NCBI GenBank assembly: GCA_951406725.2
Contig: OX597830.1
Location: 58,094,001-58,158,000 of the forward strand
Direction: 5' to 3'
Source of the DNA: Octopus vulgaris
Lineage: Eukaryota
Length of the DNA stretch: 64,000 bases
The translations under genes and the position numbers were made by a program. This document shows positions 50,146 to 63,222 of the stretch, one piece after another (the stretch's first letter is position 1; each line of letters begins with the position of its first letter). The notes beneath the pieces are model-generated. The model did not search any database, was not told where the DNA came from, and saw nothing but the letters and a program-made list of their open reading frames with translations.

Positions 50146-50514
50146 GACTCCATTGAAAGTATTTAATTGCATTTTATGTTATGTGAAGACTTACATACAA
50201 TCATCATCATCATCGTCTTTTAACGTCTGCTTTCCATGTTGGCATAGGTTGGACAGTTTGACTGAGGGCTGGCAAGCCAGCAGGGGCTGCACCCAGTCAA
50301 ACTGTCCAACCCATGTCAGCATTAAGTTTTTTTATATTGCTGTATGCTTATTTTACTTTTGGCAAGAAAATCAAAATTCATTAAAAGAAATTTTTCAATG
50401 GAGACAAAGTTTCAGGCATTTAATTTGGAAATGATTCATCAATTTCTTTTTTCTTCCAGCTTAATTACATGTGTGAAGGTCATTCTCTAACCCCAGTAAT
50501 ATCTGGTACTAGGT

Positions 50515-50825
50515 CGGATACAACGAAGGGGGTTCCAGTTGATCTGATTGAGGGAGCAGCTGCTCGTGAAATTCACATGCAAGTGGCTGAGTACTCCACA
50601 GACACATGCATCCTTAATGTAGTTCCCAGGGAGATTCCAGTGTGACACAGAATGGGACAAGGCTGGCCCCCTTTGTATTACAGGTACAGCTCATTTTTAC
50701 CAGCTGAGTGGACTGAAGCAACGTGAAATAAAGTGTCTTGCTCAAGGACACAACATGCTGCCAGGAATTGAACTCGTGACCTTATGATCATGAGCAGAAT
50801 ACCCTAACCACTAAGCCATGTGCCT
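50515..50825 (-). mobile_element. tRNA-SINE family C
   Basis: Minus strand TGGCTTAGTGGTTAG A box, GAGTTCAATTCC B box, GTGTCCTTGAGCAAGACACTT core-like motif, CAGTCCACTCAGCTGG..AAATGAG central motif. Confidence 0.8.
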
Positions 50826-50912
50826 GCACCCCATTAATGTTGGCCTCCGATCGCTCTGAAGGAAGCCTAGAGTTTCTGTTATTGCTTAAGCTTTCTGTGT
50901 TTCTCTTTGCAG

Positions 50913-50989
50913 CCTCCTAGAGTCGGTGGAGTGAAAGTCTATTCTGAAAGAGTCAAGCGAGACGAGATCTACATGGATATTGAGATTCT
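50913..50989 (+). CDS. ESYT2: E-Syt exon 4 (PPRVGGVKVYSERVKRDEIYMDIEI), SMP domain
   Basis: TTGCAG acceptor, GTAAGT donor, 77 nt, phase 0/2; follows a 22.7-kb intron. Confidence 0.95.
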
Positions 50990-51454
50990 GTAAGTATTTT
51001 GCCTGTTCAGTTTGAAAACTTAAATCGTAAAGTTACATGTCTACAATAAGGTCTTCTGGAGTACAAGTGTTGTTTTTATTTAGCCCCAGGCTAAGTAAAG
51101 TAGATGTATGATCAAAGGTATTCCATATGTGACCATCCAGTCTTTTTAGGTCTTATGTAGGACTACATTATCTAATGTAGTCTATGTCAATATAGGATGT
51201 GATTTGAGTGAAATTTGGTTGCTGTTTCTAGCAAGTTGAGTGGCCATATTTAGACTGGCCATATATAGAGACTTCCTTCATTGAGTTGTCGAGTGTGGTG
51301 GGTGGTGTTTGGGATGAAGGCCTGCTGCAAACCCCAGTTCCTATTTTTCAGTAACTATGACGAGAAACACTGAATGAACAAACTTTACTCATTCAGGAAA
51401 AAAGGTTTCACCCTAATCGACAACTGTTGCAGCTCTTGGACCATATCAAGCAGC

Positions 51455-51626
51455 TTGATTCAGTCATTAGACTGTGGCCGTGCTGGGGCACCACCTTGAA
51501 GGGTTTTAGTCAAATGAATTACCTTTCACTGCCTGGTACTTATTCTATCGGTCCCTTATATAGAACTGTTAATTTATGCATATGTAAACAAACCAACACT
51601 GGTTGTCCAGTGGTAGTGGGGGAATA

Positions 51627-51662
<36 letters not shown>

Positions 51663-51822
51663 CACGTGCACACATATGATGAGCTTCTTACAGTTTCTAT
51701 CTATCAGATTCAATCATGTGGGTTTGGATGGCCTGAGGTTATATTAGAGGTGCCATGCCGTGGCACTGAACCTAGAACCATGTGGTTGGGAAGCAAACTT
51801 CTTACCACACAGCCACACCTGC
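51455..51822 (-). mobile_element. SINE family A
   Basis: Reverse-complement head CTTACCACACAGCCACACCTG, internal (CA)n and 3' body. Confidence 0.8.
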
Positions 51823-52377
51823 ATGTTCTTAGAAGACAAGATATTTCTTTCTTTAGGTGATCTTCTATTTTTATTGTTCTTTGTGATTTCCATTGATTCC
51901 AATAATTTAAAGACATTCTTATCCGAACTTTTGCAGTAACGGAATATTCTACATGACTGTTCTGCCTGCTTAATATTGGAGCTAAACATCCTTAAGCAAA
52001 TCCCATCAATGTCTTTAAATGTAATATTGTACATTTGAAGACCTAAATATTAATGCAAATTGTCTACAGTAAGGTGGGGTGGGCGTGGAAAGAAACGCTC
52101 CCTTTTTATTTGGCTATCTCTTTCATATGTTTCTTCAAGCAGAATTGATTGACTCTACATGTCACTCAACTGGCTACCATTAAATGATTTAACCCAGTTT
52201 TATGTCCTATGTCCCTTGTGTAATGGTAGTTAGAATATCAAATGAACGAATAGGGTTAACATTGCTTTATACCAAGTAACCCAGCACCAAATTCCCCCTT
52301 TTTTCTCTTCTTTTTTTAATGGAAATTTTCAAATCTGTTCAGATAAAACTTTTTGCACAGCAGTCATCTGTGTGTGT

Positions 52378-52414
<37 letters not shown>

Positions 52415-53249
52415 GTTAAAAGGTGATATACCAAATGCGAAATAAATTCTTAATTTATTGGAGCCCATTTAAGAGTACCCTTCAATCATTGGGCAATAAA
52501 CTGTGCTTGCAAAGACCTGTTGAGGCAAGTGAAGTCGTTGTCTTGGCTGATGACAGTATCACCTGATTGACACCTGTGCTGGTAGCGTGTAAAAAGCACT
52601 ATTCAAGCGTGGTCAATGCCAGTGCCACCTCACTGGTCCTGTGCTGGTGGCACGTAAAAAGCACCATTTGAACGTAGTCGATACCAGTATCATCTGACTG
52701 GCCCTCATGTTGGTGGTACGTAAAAAGCACCCACTACACTCTTGGAGAGTGGTTGGTGTTGGGAAGGGCATCCAGCTGTAGAAACTTTGCCAGATCGAAT
52801 TAGAGCCTGGTGCAGCCTTCTGGCTTGCCAGCCCTCAGTCAAACTGTCCAACCCATGCCAGCATGGAAAGTGGACGTTAAACGACGATGATCCCTCTAAA
52901 AAAAAAAAAAAGTGAAAGAAAACCTAGTGGCAATTGTTTGTGACTTTCAGTGCGAAGGGGAGGTAATTCCAAGCAAAAGATTTCTCAAGTTAATTAACAG
53001 ACTGAGAGAAAGAGCAGTCTGGTCTTTGCAGGTTGATAATAATTAATTGCCAAAGTACAGTGAAATTGAATTCGGAGCCATGGGATTGCAAAGCAAACTG
53101 CTTAACTACACATTCAGGCTTGTGCATGTCTTATTGAAATAATAGTTTTTGTGATATTAATTAGGGTTATCGTCCATCTTCACAATTCAACAAACTTTCC
53201 AGCATCAACATCTTTGTGACTTTTGTTTTTCATTCTTTTTTTCTTCCAG

Positions 53250-53316
53250 ATATAGCAGTGATGCAGATGTTGCTGTCAGTATCAAAGGTATCACTGCTGG
53301 AATCAAAGACCTCCAG
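53250..53316 (+). CDS. ESYT2: E-Syt exon 5 (YSSDADVAVSIKGITAGIKDLQ)
   Basis: TTCCAG acceptor, GTATTA donor, 67 nt, phase 2/0. Confidence 0.93.
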
Positions 53317-53386
53317 GTATTAAAATTTTCACAAATTCTCTCTCATTCTCTTTATCTTTCATACACACTCACACACATGCATTCAC

Positions 53387-53431
<45 letters not shown>

Positions 53432-53772
53432 TTTGTATGTACATATACATGTAATGTGTATGTGCATTTGCAAATGAAAATGAAATGGTTGTTTCCAGAT
53501 GTTGGAGTGTGTTGGTGAGTGATTTGATGCCAGTCAGTCAAGAGGCCTTTCTTTGGGTCATTTAACTCATTAAGATGATGATGCTCCTACACACACCGAT
53601 GTAGAATGTTTGTCTGTATAGTAAGCAGCACCATCCCACATCATGTTATGTTTCCGATGCTAGCCTTGTCAAATACTTAATTTTAAGCAAGATCTCATTA
53701 CTATTCATTGTATGTTTTCATTGAGTTACATTTATTGTATTACATTAAATGCTGCTTTCTTCTTTTAACTAG

Positions 53773-53862
53773 ATTCGAGGGACATTACGAGTTGTCTTCA
53801 AGCCCCTCATGAATGTCATGCCTCTGTTTGGTGGATTAAATGTTTACTTTTTGAACAACCCG
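53773..53862 (+). CDS. ESYT2: E-Syt exon 6 (IRGTLRVVFKPLMNVMPLFGGLNVYFLNNP)
   Basis: CTAG acceptor, GTAAGC donor, 90 nt, phase 0/0. Confidence 0.95.
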
Positions 53863-55706
53863 GTAAGCTGAGATTTAAAACTTTGTGTACCATATGCTCA
53901 TATGTAACTAATTAGCTAATTTTATTCAAGAACATGTCTGTGATATATATTGGTGCTTTAGTAAAAAATATTCACCTGTTCAGTTGTCAGGAGTCCAGTA
54001 ATTTCAAATTTATTGTTGTTATATTTAAATTTCTTGTCATGCACATATATTTTGTCTGATTTGAGATAATGAATTATTATTCCACACTGACATATTTAGA
54101 CTAGTGTCCTCGTTATGGCTGTGGTATTCAGTGTTTTGGCTCTTGTACCCTCCAGCCTTCTTCTGGTGCATGCCATAATAGGTGACATTCTTAGAATTCC
54201 AAATTAAACAATGTGAAGAAAGGAATTGTCTACAGTCTACAACCATGGCTCCCAGACTTTGTTGCACCATGGACCAGCTTTGTGTACAACAATTTTCCAG
54301 TGGACTTGGGGAATCATGCACATAACAAACCACAAAGTGCATGATATTTACTTATTATATATATAATTCATGTGTAATGCCAAAAGAAAAAAAACCCCAC
54401 AGACTGTGATAGTTAATAAAATAGAAATAAAATGTAAAAGTTTCTTCTTTCTGTGAAGTCCAGTGCCAAATGACCCATGGCCTGGTGGCTGGGGACTCAG
54501 ATACAAACCAACATTCTGTAAACCTTATCAAATACAACAGGCACTTGAAGAAGCTGGAGAACACATCAGCCAAAATATTGCAATTATAACAACTAGAATG
54601 ACAACAGCTGACTGAATGCATCAGAGCATAATGTATTAGGTTCCACTCTTGTAATTAATTCTGAATATAATTTTCCCATTATTTTCATGAGATTTTTTTT
54701 TATTCTGGGTTTCTTTCATTCCTCAATATAAAACTGAGAAACCTCTTTCAGTTCATGTTTGTCAATGGTAAATGGATTAAACTTCCATTCATCTGCGTAG
54801 TATTGATAATTCTTACATAAAGCGGTAGTTCTTACCTTCTTAAATACATTTGTAATATAGATTTCCAATCTGTGAAATGGCTTGAAGAAGCTATGATGCT
54901 TATAAAATAATCATGGTTCAGAAATTCCCACCCTAAATCTATTTGTCCTTTATTTTTTCTTTGTACTGTATTTCATGAAATATGACTTGTTGATTTCTAT
55001 AATTATTTCTTATTGAACCAAATAAAATACTTTAAAATTGACTAGGGTCACTAATATGGCTGCAGGTACCTTAAAATGCCAGATATTTGTTTTCTCACAC
55101 TCAACATTCTTAATGATGTTGTTCTTGGAATGGCAAAGGGTGAAATTAAATATTGTTCAAGAATCAGGGTCAGTTCTTCTCTTATAATCCAAGATCAAAT
55201 CTAATTCTAGCTCAAGAAAATAAGGATCTCTTCAAATTTAGGTCTTAGTTTACAGAGAAGAATAACTTTAGTTTAATTGTTAATAAGCAATTATTATTTG
55301 CATTGTTAAGTGAGATCTAGAATGATGATTTATGTGTTCATCGTTATTATATTCTGGTAGATTAGAATACAAATCTGTTAGTTGTTGTTGTGTACGTCAC
55401 AGGAGAGCAACTTCTCCTTTTTACAGCAACAGTGCATTTATAACACAGTCACCTTATTGGCACAAGGGATTCTGAGCCATTGGAGTCTTGTCATATTGTG
55501 TCTTGTCAGCCAGAAGCACCTCTGAGCCTAAACAAGCCACTGGCTTTGTTTATAATTTCAGCAAACAAAGCTGTTTGCTGATCAGTGCTGGCATCTGCCA
55601 ACTGATAAAAAATTGTTATATGCACTGTGTACAGCAAGATCTAAAATGGTGATTTGCATATTTATTCTGTATTAATAAACAATTTATTTTCGAATTCTAT
55701 TTTCAG

Positions 55707-55762
55707 TCTATTGACTTCAACCTGACAAGTTTGGCCAATGCTTTCGATGTCCCTGGTTTCAG
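55707..55762 (+). CDS. ESYT2: E-Syt exon 7 (SIDFNLTSLANAFDVPGF)
   Basis: TTTCAG acceptor, GTAATA donor, 56 nt, phase 0/2. Confidence 0.93.
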
Positions 55763-56203
55763 GTAATATAGAAAAGCTCATTATAGAAATAATATTTAAT
55801 ATCCATTTTAAAATAGTCCTTAAAAGGTTTTTGTTAAATTCTTTTACACTGAAATAGTTCTGAGTTTGTTTTTTTTTTTTTCATTATTTTTTATTTAGCA
55901 AAATCTACTGAAATATTACCAAATATTTTTAACAGATTCATTAGTTCTGCATAAAATAGGTAGTTATAAAAAAAATAATTGAAGCTAACTTCTTTTATAC
56001 TGGTAAACTTTGTAATATTTATAAGTTCTTGAAGAAAAAATATGTAATCACTGGGAAATAATTAAATGATAATTAGTATTTTTTCTTGTGTAAGAAGTGA
56101 GATATTATAAGGTACCAAGACATGGGCACTGAATGTGAAGAATGTGTGAAAGCTTGAAAGCATTTTGGTAGACTTTAACTTGTTTGATATATTGTCTTTT
56201 CAG

Positions 56204-56324
56204 TGAAATGTTGCGTAGTATCGTACAAGACCAAATATTTTCAATAATGGTACTTCCCAACCGTATTTCTGTGCCTCTTGCAGAAAATGTTGATGCCAAC
56301 AGGTTGAGATATCCATTACCAAAG
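56204..56324 (+). CDS. ESYT2: E-Syt exon 8 (EMLRSIVQDQIFSIMVLPNRISVPL...RYPLPK), end of SMP domain
   Basis: TTTCAG acceptor, GTTATT donor, 121 nt, phase 2/0; MVLPNR motif. Confidence 0.95.
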
Positions 56325-57614
56325 GTTATTATTCTTTTATTTTTTCATATAGTTTTTTAGTTATTTAAATAATTATTCCAGTATTTACATTTTCTGCCTA
56401 TCCAACCCTTTTGTTACGAACCCACCAGAAACGACCAGAAACCTGGTTCTATGATACAAACTTCCTGTTTAAAGTGGTCTGAAAATTTCTCATTAAAATT
56501 TTGTGCTGATTTATGTCCTAAAAATCAGCTTGGTAATGATTAAAACTTCATTATATTCTTCATTATTTTTGAGATTAATTGAAATAAGGAGGCAGATATT
56601 TCAGCAAAAATGCAGTAACAAAAGGGTTGATAATAGTTTGCTGTTTAAAATGTAGTCTAGCTGTAAGAAGACTGTTGTTGGTTGCTTTATAGCAACATAC
56701 CAACTCTTGATTAAAAGGTTCAGTCAGATCCTTTCAGTTATGCTCTATTCCAGACAAAGTTCTTTAATTTCTCTGCCCTATTCCACCTAACCATCATCAG
56801 TCACTGTGTAATTTACATGTTTTGTTTGTTTAATGTTGAGTTGAAATCCTCTCGTAAGAAGGATGCTAAAAATATAACGGATTCAGAAAATGGTGCTCCA
56901 ATGATACTTTTGGAAAATTTTAGGGACAAAAATAAAGAACTCAGCATTTTTTTTTTGTTTTTGTTGGAGAGTTATAAAATTACAAAATTTGTGATTGAAA
57001 TGTCTTCTCCATTTTTATGTTTTTTAAAAAGCTTTTAATTTCTTGAAACTTTCTTGAACTTGGGTTTCTCGAAGCCTTTTTGTGATTTTGTTACAAGTAA
57101 AGTATTTAGAGGGAAAGAAAAGTGAACATACAGACTTTTATCAAATGGAGTGAGGAAAACCCTTTAAAACTGTTTCATCTGTTGTAGACTTCTCTAAAAT
57201 TTAAGTCTTGGGTTGGGGGAGGGAGTGGGTACAGCATTGTTAAATGTAGAATTTGATTTAGTCTGACTCTTAATTTAGAAAATTGCTGTTTTAAAGCAGG
57301 GATTTGAAATACTTGATTACAGAAATGTAGCAACCATTAAAATGTTAAATAAAAAATCAAAATCTCTCATTTATATCTGAAGTAAATCTTGTTGAATTAG
57401 AAAACATTAACGCTTCATTATTTTTCTAATTACAGTCTAAACTGACTGAAAGTGAAGTAATATTTATTGGACCTATCTATGTTGTCCACCTGATATGTTA
57501 TAAATGACAATGGCTATTTTCTTGAAATAGAATATTTTTATTCAGCTAATGCTGTTATTATTATTGGTCTGGCTTTGTACCAAAATTTGAAACTGTTGTT
57601 ATTATTATTATTGG

Positions 57615-58240
<626 letters not shown>

Positions 58241-58761
58241 ATATATACGATTGTATTTTAGATTTCATAGTTATGACAATTAGGATAGAAGTGCTATTAA
58301 CAATTTATTTGATGGTAACAGTAGTTGTATTAATGTTCTCTGTAAACTGTTGCAAGGCAACACTTGTAGGAAAGACATGAACATGGAGGAGATTCCAAGG
58401 GGATGATGTGCTGGGGAGAAAGGAGTAGGTGTTGTGGTTAGTGCAGGACCTGGAGAGAGGGGTTGGGTAGACATCCTGTGGGTAATGAAAAAAGGAGAAA
58501 CTAGTGGAGTGGAAGAAATTTGGAACTGATCAAAAGTAAATTCCATTTTAGTATTAAGCTAAGAATTTGTTTAACCATTTTATTGAACAAATATATTGTA
58601 GCAACGGAGATCTTTTAAGTATTCATGGTTTTTTTTTTTAAGTTATTGTTAATATTTGTTGTTTAGGAAATGCGTGAAAGAAATTTCAAAGATTCTCTTT
58701 AATCAATGTGAATGCATTTTAAATTTTTATTTTATAAGTTATTAATAATTTTACTCAATAG

Positions 58762-58861
58762 GGTGTTTTGAGAATCCATATGCTTGGAGCTGCAGATCTG
58801 AAGAGAGCTGACTTTGGTGTGTTGAAGAAAGGGTCTTCAGATCCTTACTCTGTTCTAAGGA
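58762..58861 (+). CDS. ESYT2: E-Syt exon 9 (GVLRIHMLGAADLKRADFGVLKKGSSDPYSVLR), C2A
   Basis: AATAG acceptor, GTAAGT donor, 100 nt, phase 0/1; SDPY C2 motif. Confidence 0.95.
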
Positions 58862-58988
58862 GTAAGTACATCTACATCTAATGTTTACTTGAAAGTCTCT
58901 CTGATTAAGGATGCTATTTCAATTTGATTTTAGAATTTTAAGATGTCAAACTCTTGGTACATGTTTTTCTTTCTTATTTTGCTTTGAG

Positions 58989-59925
58989 TAGTTAGTTAGT
59001 TAGTTAATTTGGCTCAAAAGCAAATAGCAAGGCCATGTAGGGGGACATGGAGTTAAGTACAGGGTGGTGTTCATGTAAAGAGTTCAGGCCACTTGAGGTC
59101 AAGGGAGGCTTTGAACAAAGCGGTCGTCGGCATCTTCACCATCTTGTCTGGCAGCTTGTTCCACGGATCCACAACCCGGACGGAGAAAGCTCCTCTCCTT
59201 CGATTGAGATGAAATCGTCGCAGGTAGAGCTTTTCGGAATGACCCTGCAGCCGACGTTCTGGAGCAGGAGTGAAGAACATCTCTTTCGAGAGGTTACACT
59301 TTCCGCTTATGATGTTGTGGGCGAGAATGAGATCACCACGGCGGCGGCGTTTTTCAAGAGAATAAAGGTCGAGCGTCCTCAGCCTTTCTTCGTAGGACAA
59401 ATTTTTGAGACCATGAACCATGCGGGTAGCCAGCTTCTGGACTCTTTCGAGATGCTGTATGTCTTTGAGGAGATAAGGAGAAGAGGCTTGAATCCCGTAC
59501 TCCAATATGGGTCTCACCAGCGTGACATAGAGTGGTAGGAATATGGCTGCTGTGAGCATTCCGAATGACCGTCGAATCAAGAACAGAATTCCGCGTGCTT
59601 TGTTGGCAGCATGGACGCACTGGGCCGAAGGCGAAAAGGAGGAATCCACCAAGATACCCAGGTCCTTTACCTGATCGGTCCTCTCCAGCAGCAGACGACC
59701 CGGCTCGAAATCAAGTTGAGTTGCAGGAGGAGAGCCAACAGGCAGATGACAGCACTTTGACACGTTCAGACACAGGTCCCATTCGTTAGACCACTTCCAA
59801 ATTTGGTGGAGGCATCGACGAAGATCCTCTATATCACCGCGAGGAGCGACCAGTTTGATATCGTCGGCAAATAGAAGGGTGTGTTGCGTGAGGTCGTCGG
59901 GCAAGTCATTTATGAAGACTAGAAT
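58989..59925 (-). mobile_element. Young 5'-truncated CR1/L2-type LINE with an uninterrupted RT C-terminal ORF and (TAAC)n tail
   Basis: ORF 59071-59904: FINDLP..LLFADDIKL..KDLGILVD..LYVTLVRPILEYG..LERVQKLATR..YEERL..RRRRGDLI..FSVRVVDPWNKLP; CpG-rich; tail AGTTAGTTAGTTAGTTA on + strand. Confidence 0.93.
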
Positions 59926-61359
59926 CCTGGATCTTTTGACACTTGAGCTTGGCTTGCTCTACAGTGGAACCATTATTCTAGCTTGTATGTAGCATTCCAT
60001 AAAATTATTTAGTCAGGAGGATAATCCTTCAGCATCTCATTGCTTCTTCAAAATGTATGTTTTTGTTTTCATTATTTTTTTGCAAGAATAAGTCATAATT
60101 TGCTATCTTAATAGCCAAACATCTTAATCAAATCAACTGACATTTACCGTTCCTGACTTTTGAAGCGTGAAAGACAATTTCAAAAGTTAGAAAGTTAAAC
60201 AGCATTGATTGATGTGAAGTTGTTTACCATTTTTGTAAGCATCTTCTGAGATTTTACCATATTGTTATCCAAAATGAGCCAAACAAGGGAGGCCTCTAGA
60301 GGTGGCCATTCAACCTGTTATAAACAGCAATCACATTTCCTTCAAATCATTTAAAAAACAAAAAAGAACATTCTTATATACACACTGCTTGAATAAAGGG
60401 GGACATAGTTCTGCTCATTCGAAGCCGGCTGGGGACTTCACCACAACAACATTTTGACAAGGGAGCTTCTGTGATTGCTTGACTTACTAGAAATAGCAAT
60501 CAAGTTTCCTTTAAATCACACTTTGATGTCTTAATGAAAATATCCGGGTGGTCAAGAGTGGTCTGCTTGACCAGTGTTGATCTAGACCAAAACAGCAAAG
60601 AAAATTGTTTGCCAACAAAAGGACTTCTATTCATTGTTCATCATGTTTAGTGGAGCAACCAAATCTTTTTAATGGTTCAATGTCTTTGAAATGAGAAGAA
60701 TATGTGTTTAACACTTTTGTTACCATATTTTGGATGGAATATTCTGCTTTTATTGTTTTCAATTATTAAAATAATGAGAAATTTAGTGAAATAACTTTGT
60801 CATTATCAGGCCATTGTTTGGAACTAAATTAATACAAAAGTTTTATGGAAGGTTTTAATTTTGATCACTTTGACACAAAGAATTTCTATCATAGAACCAA
60901 GAGCAGTGTTGGGCAGGTCAATATCGAAAAGGTTAATTCTCAAATTTTTGGATGTTTTAACCTATAATAAAATTTCTCTTCAATTTCATGACTAGTTATC
61001 ATAATAATGTCTCTTAGCAATATCTGTGGCTTGTTGGAGAAAAGAATTCCTTGACATATTCTCCTTTTAGTTTCCTTTTTCTTCTTTGGATTTCCTCCTC
61101 ATCCTCTTCATTTAACATCCGTTTTCCATGCTGGCATGGGTTGGACAGTTTGACAGGAGCTGGCAGACCACAGGGCTGCACCAGACTCCAGTCATCTGTT
61201 TCAGCATGGTTTCTATGGCTGGATGCCCTTCCTAGCTTCAACCACTTTCATGTTTACTGGGTGCTTTCCATGTGGCACCAGCTTTTAACATGGCACTGGC
61301 ATGGGTGCTTTTTACGTGGTGCCACATTTAAATCTTTATACAAAATACTTTATTTATAT

Positions 61360-61568
61360 TATTTACATTATTTACATTTGACGGATATTTGTCCTCTTCT
61401 CATTTGTTGTTAACACAACGTTTCAGCTGATGAACCTTCCAGCCATCATCATGATGAAGGCTGGAAGGTATACCAGCTGAAACATTGTGGTAGCAACAAA
61501 CGAGATGAGGACAAATATCTGTCAAATGGAAATAATGTACATAATTCCTCATCTCTTAAATATAGAAC
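61360..61568. mobile_element. Palindromic tRNA-head/hammerhead element, copy D (centre deleted)
   Basis: Inverted arms joined at TCATCA-TGATGA; 14-bp TSD TACTTTATTTATAT at 61346-61359 and 61569-61582. Confidence 0.85.
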
Positions 61569-61596
61569 TACTTTATTTATATATTTTTTTTTCCAG

Positions 61597-61667
61597 TTGG
61601 ATCTCAGAAATTCAAAACCAAGACCAAGAACAACACTCTTACTCCAGTTTGGGACGAATCATTTGAG
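61597..61667 (+). CDS. ESYT2: E-Syt exon 10 (GSQKFKTKTKNNTLTPVWDESFE), C2A
   Basis: TTCCAG acceptor, GTAATT donor, 71 nt, phase 1/0; TLxPVWxExF C2 motif. Confidence 0.95.
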
Positions 61668-61690
61668 GTAATTTTTCTTTGTCTGTTTGC

Positions 61691-61721
<31 letters not shown>

Positions 61722-63136
61722 ATATAAGAAAGCAAGAAGGTCTTAGTTTCTTTCTTTTATGGGCAAGCCTGTTGCCTTCTGTTTGATCACAGATCTTGCA
61801 TTTATCTGATCTCAGAATAAGAACCATTGATCTCTTCTTTGATTAACAGTCTGATATTCTTTGAGTGTTGGTTATTAATTTGCAGATCTAAACATCCAGA
61901 GTTCAAATTCTTTCATCAGAGAAATGCAGAATCCATGAATCCATGACTCAAGATAAATCTACCTTCTTATAAAATGGCATTATTTGTACACAATACCCTT
62001 GTAAGCAGTGGTGGTGAGTGAGTTAACAGGTTCAAATCAGCCTATGATTGATTCCTTTGACAGTTTTCAGTTCGGCCAGTCTTAAATACATTTTGCACAG
62101 AGATCAAATTTCCAAGTATTTCCCTCATAATCTGTTGCATTGTATCTTGTACAAACTGCCGTTTATATATAACTTATGTTTTACAAGCCAACAAGCCAGT
62201 TGCTTAACCTGATAGAAATACCAGCTAAATCATGCTCAAGCTTCACCTCTCACCCTTTTATTTTTTATTTTTCATTTTGTCTGGAGGGAGAGGATGGAAC
62301 TAATCCCATAACTTTTGCTGACCCTCCAAGACCAGTGAGGTTGGGTGCCACTAGCATTCACCTTAATAGTTTGCAAGTTGATGGCTACAGACAAATCATG
62401 TGCAGAAAAGGAATTCTGAAGGCTTACTTTCTGGGAAGGGAGGACCAGAAATGATTAGTGCAACGAGAGGACACACATATGCATGCACACACACACACAC
62501 ATGTGCATGCGCACGTGCACACACACACACACACACTATGAGTGGCAAGAGAAGGGAATATAGAGTGAGTTGGGTATGTCTTAGTAGAGGAGACACGTGA
62601 CCAACCAGCTCTGAGGAGCAGAGGCCACTGAAGGACTCATTGGATGATGTGGTTTTAGATCTGAGGAAATGATGGGTTATCATTGTAATTCCTTTTGATT
62701 ATAAAGCTTACTCAATTAGGGTTGACTTGGGGTTAAATCATGACAAGCTTCAGTTCTTGCTGTTTAGTCCAAAGTGAGTCTTAGCTGAGTGTACGTGTGA
62801 TAAAACATGCTCCAGCTTAGGCTGCGCTACTCAATGCTTTCTTTCAATGCAGTTTTAAGATGGTAGGGCATGATTGAAGGGAGATTTAGCTAATGTTTCT
62901 GGCAGGCTGAGTGCCTATATAGGAGGTCTCTTGTTGGTTCATTGAATTGCCAATAGCTTGGATTGGCTGGAATAGCAGAACAACTGTCAAAATGCTTTTT
63001 ACTTTTATCTTGCTGTAATCATGTGAGGAATCATTTCAATAAAATATGCTCAACTCTCCCCTTATAAAGTGGAAACCTTGTGCCAAGGTGAGAAACCCTG
63101 ATTCTTTTGACTGAAAAATAAATTTCATGTTTTTAG

Positions 63137-63222
63137 GCTGTCATTGACGAAAAAAGTGGGCAATACATGGACATTAATGTATTTGATGAAGATCCCGGTA
63201 ACAAAGATGATGAACTTGGGAA
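63137..63222 (+). CDS. ESYT2: E-Syt exon 11 (AVIDEKSGQYMDINVFDEDPGNKDDELG), C2A Ca2+ loop
   Basis: TTTTAG acceptor, GTAAGT donor, 86 nt, phase 0/2; FDEDP..DD.LG motif. Confidence 0.95.

Noticed and set aside
59047-59789. Plus-strand ORFs of 163 and 74 aa
   Set aside because: Antisense shadows of the minus-strand CR1/L2 RT ORF
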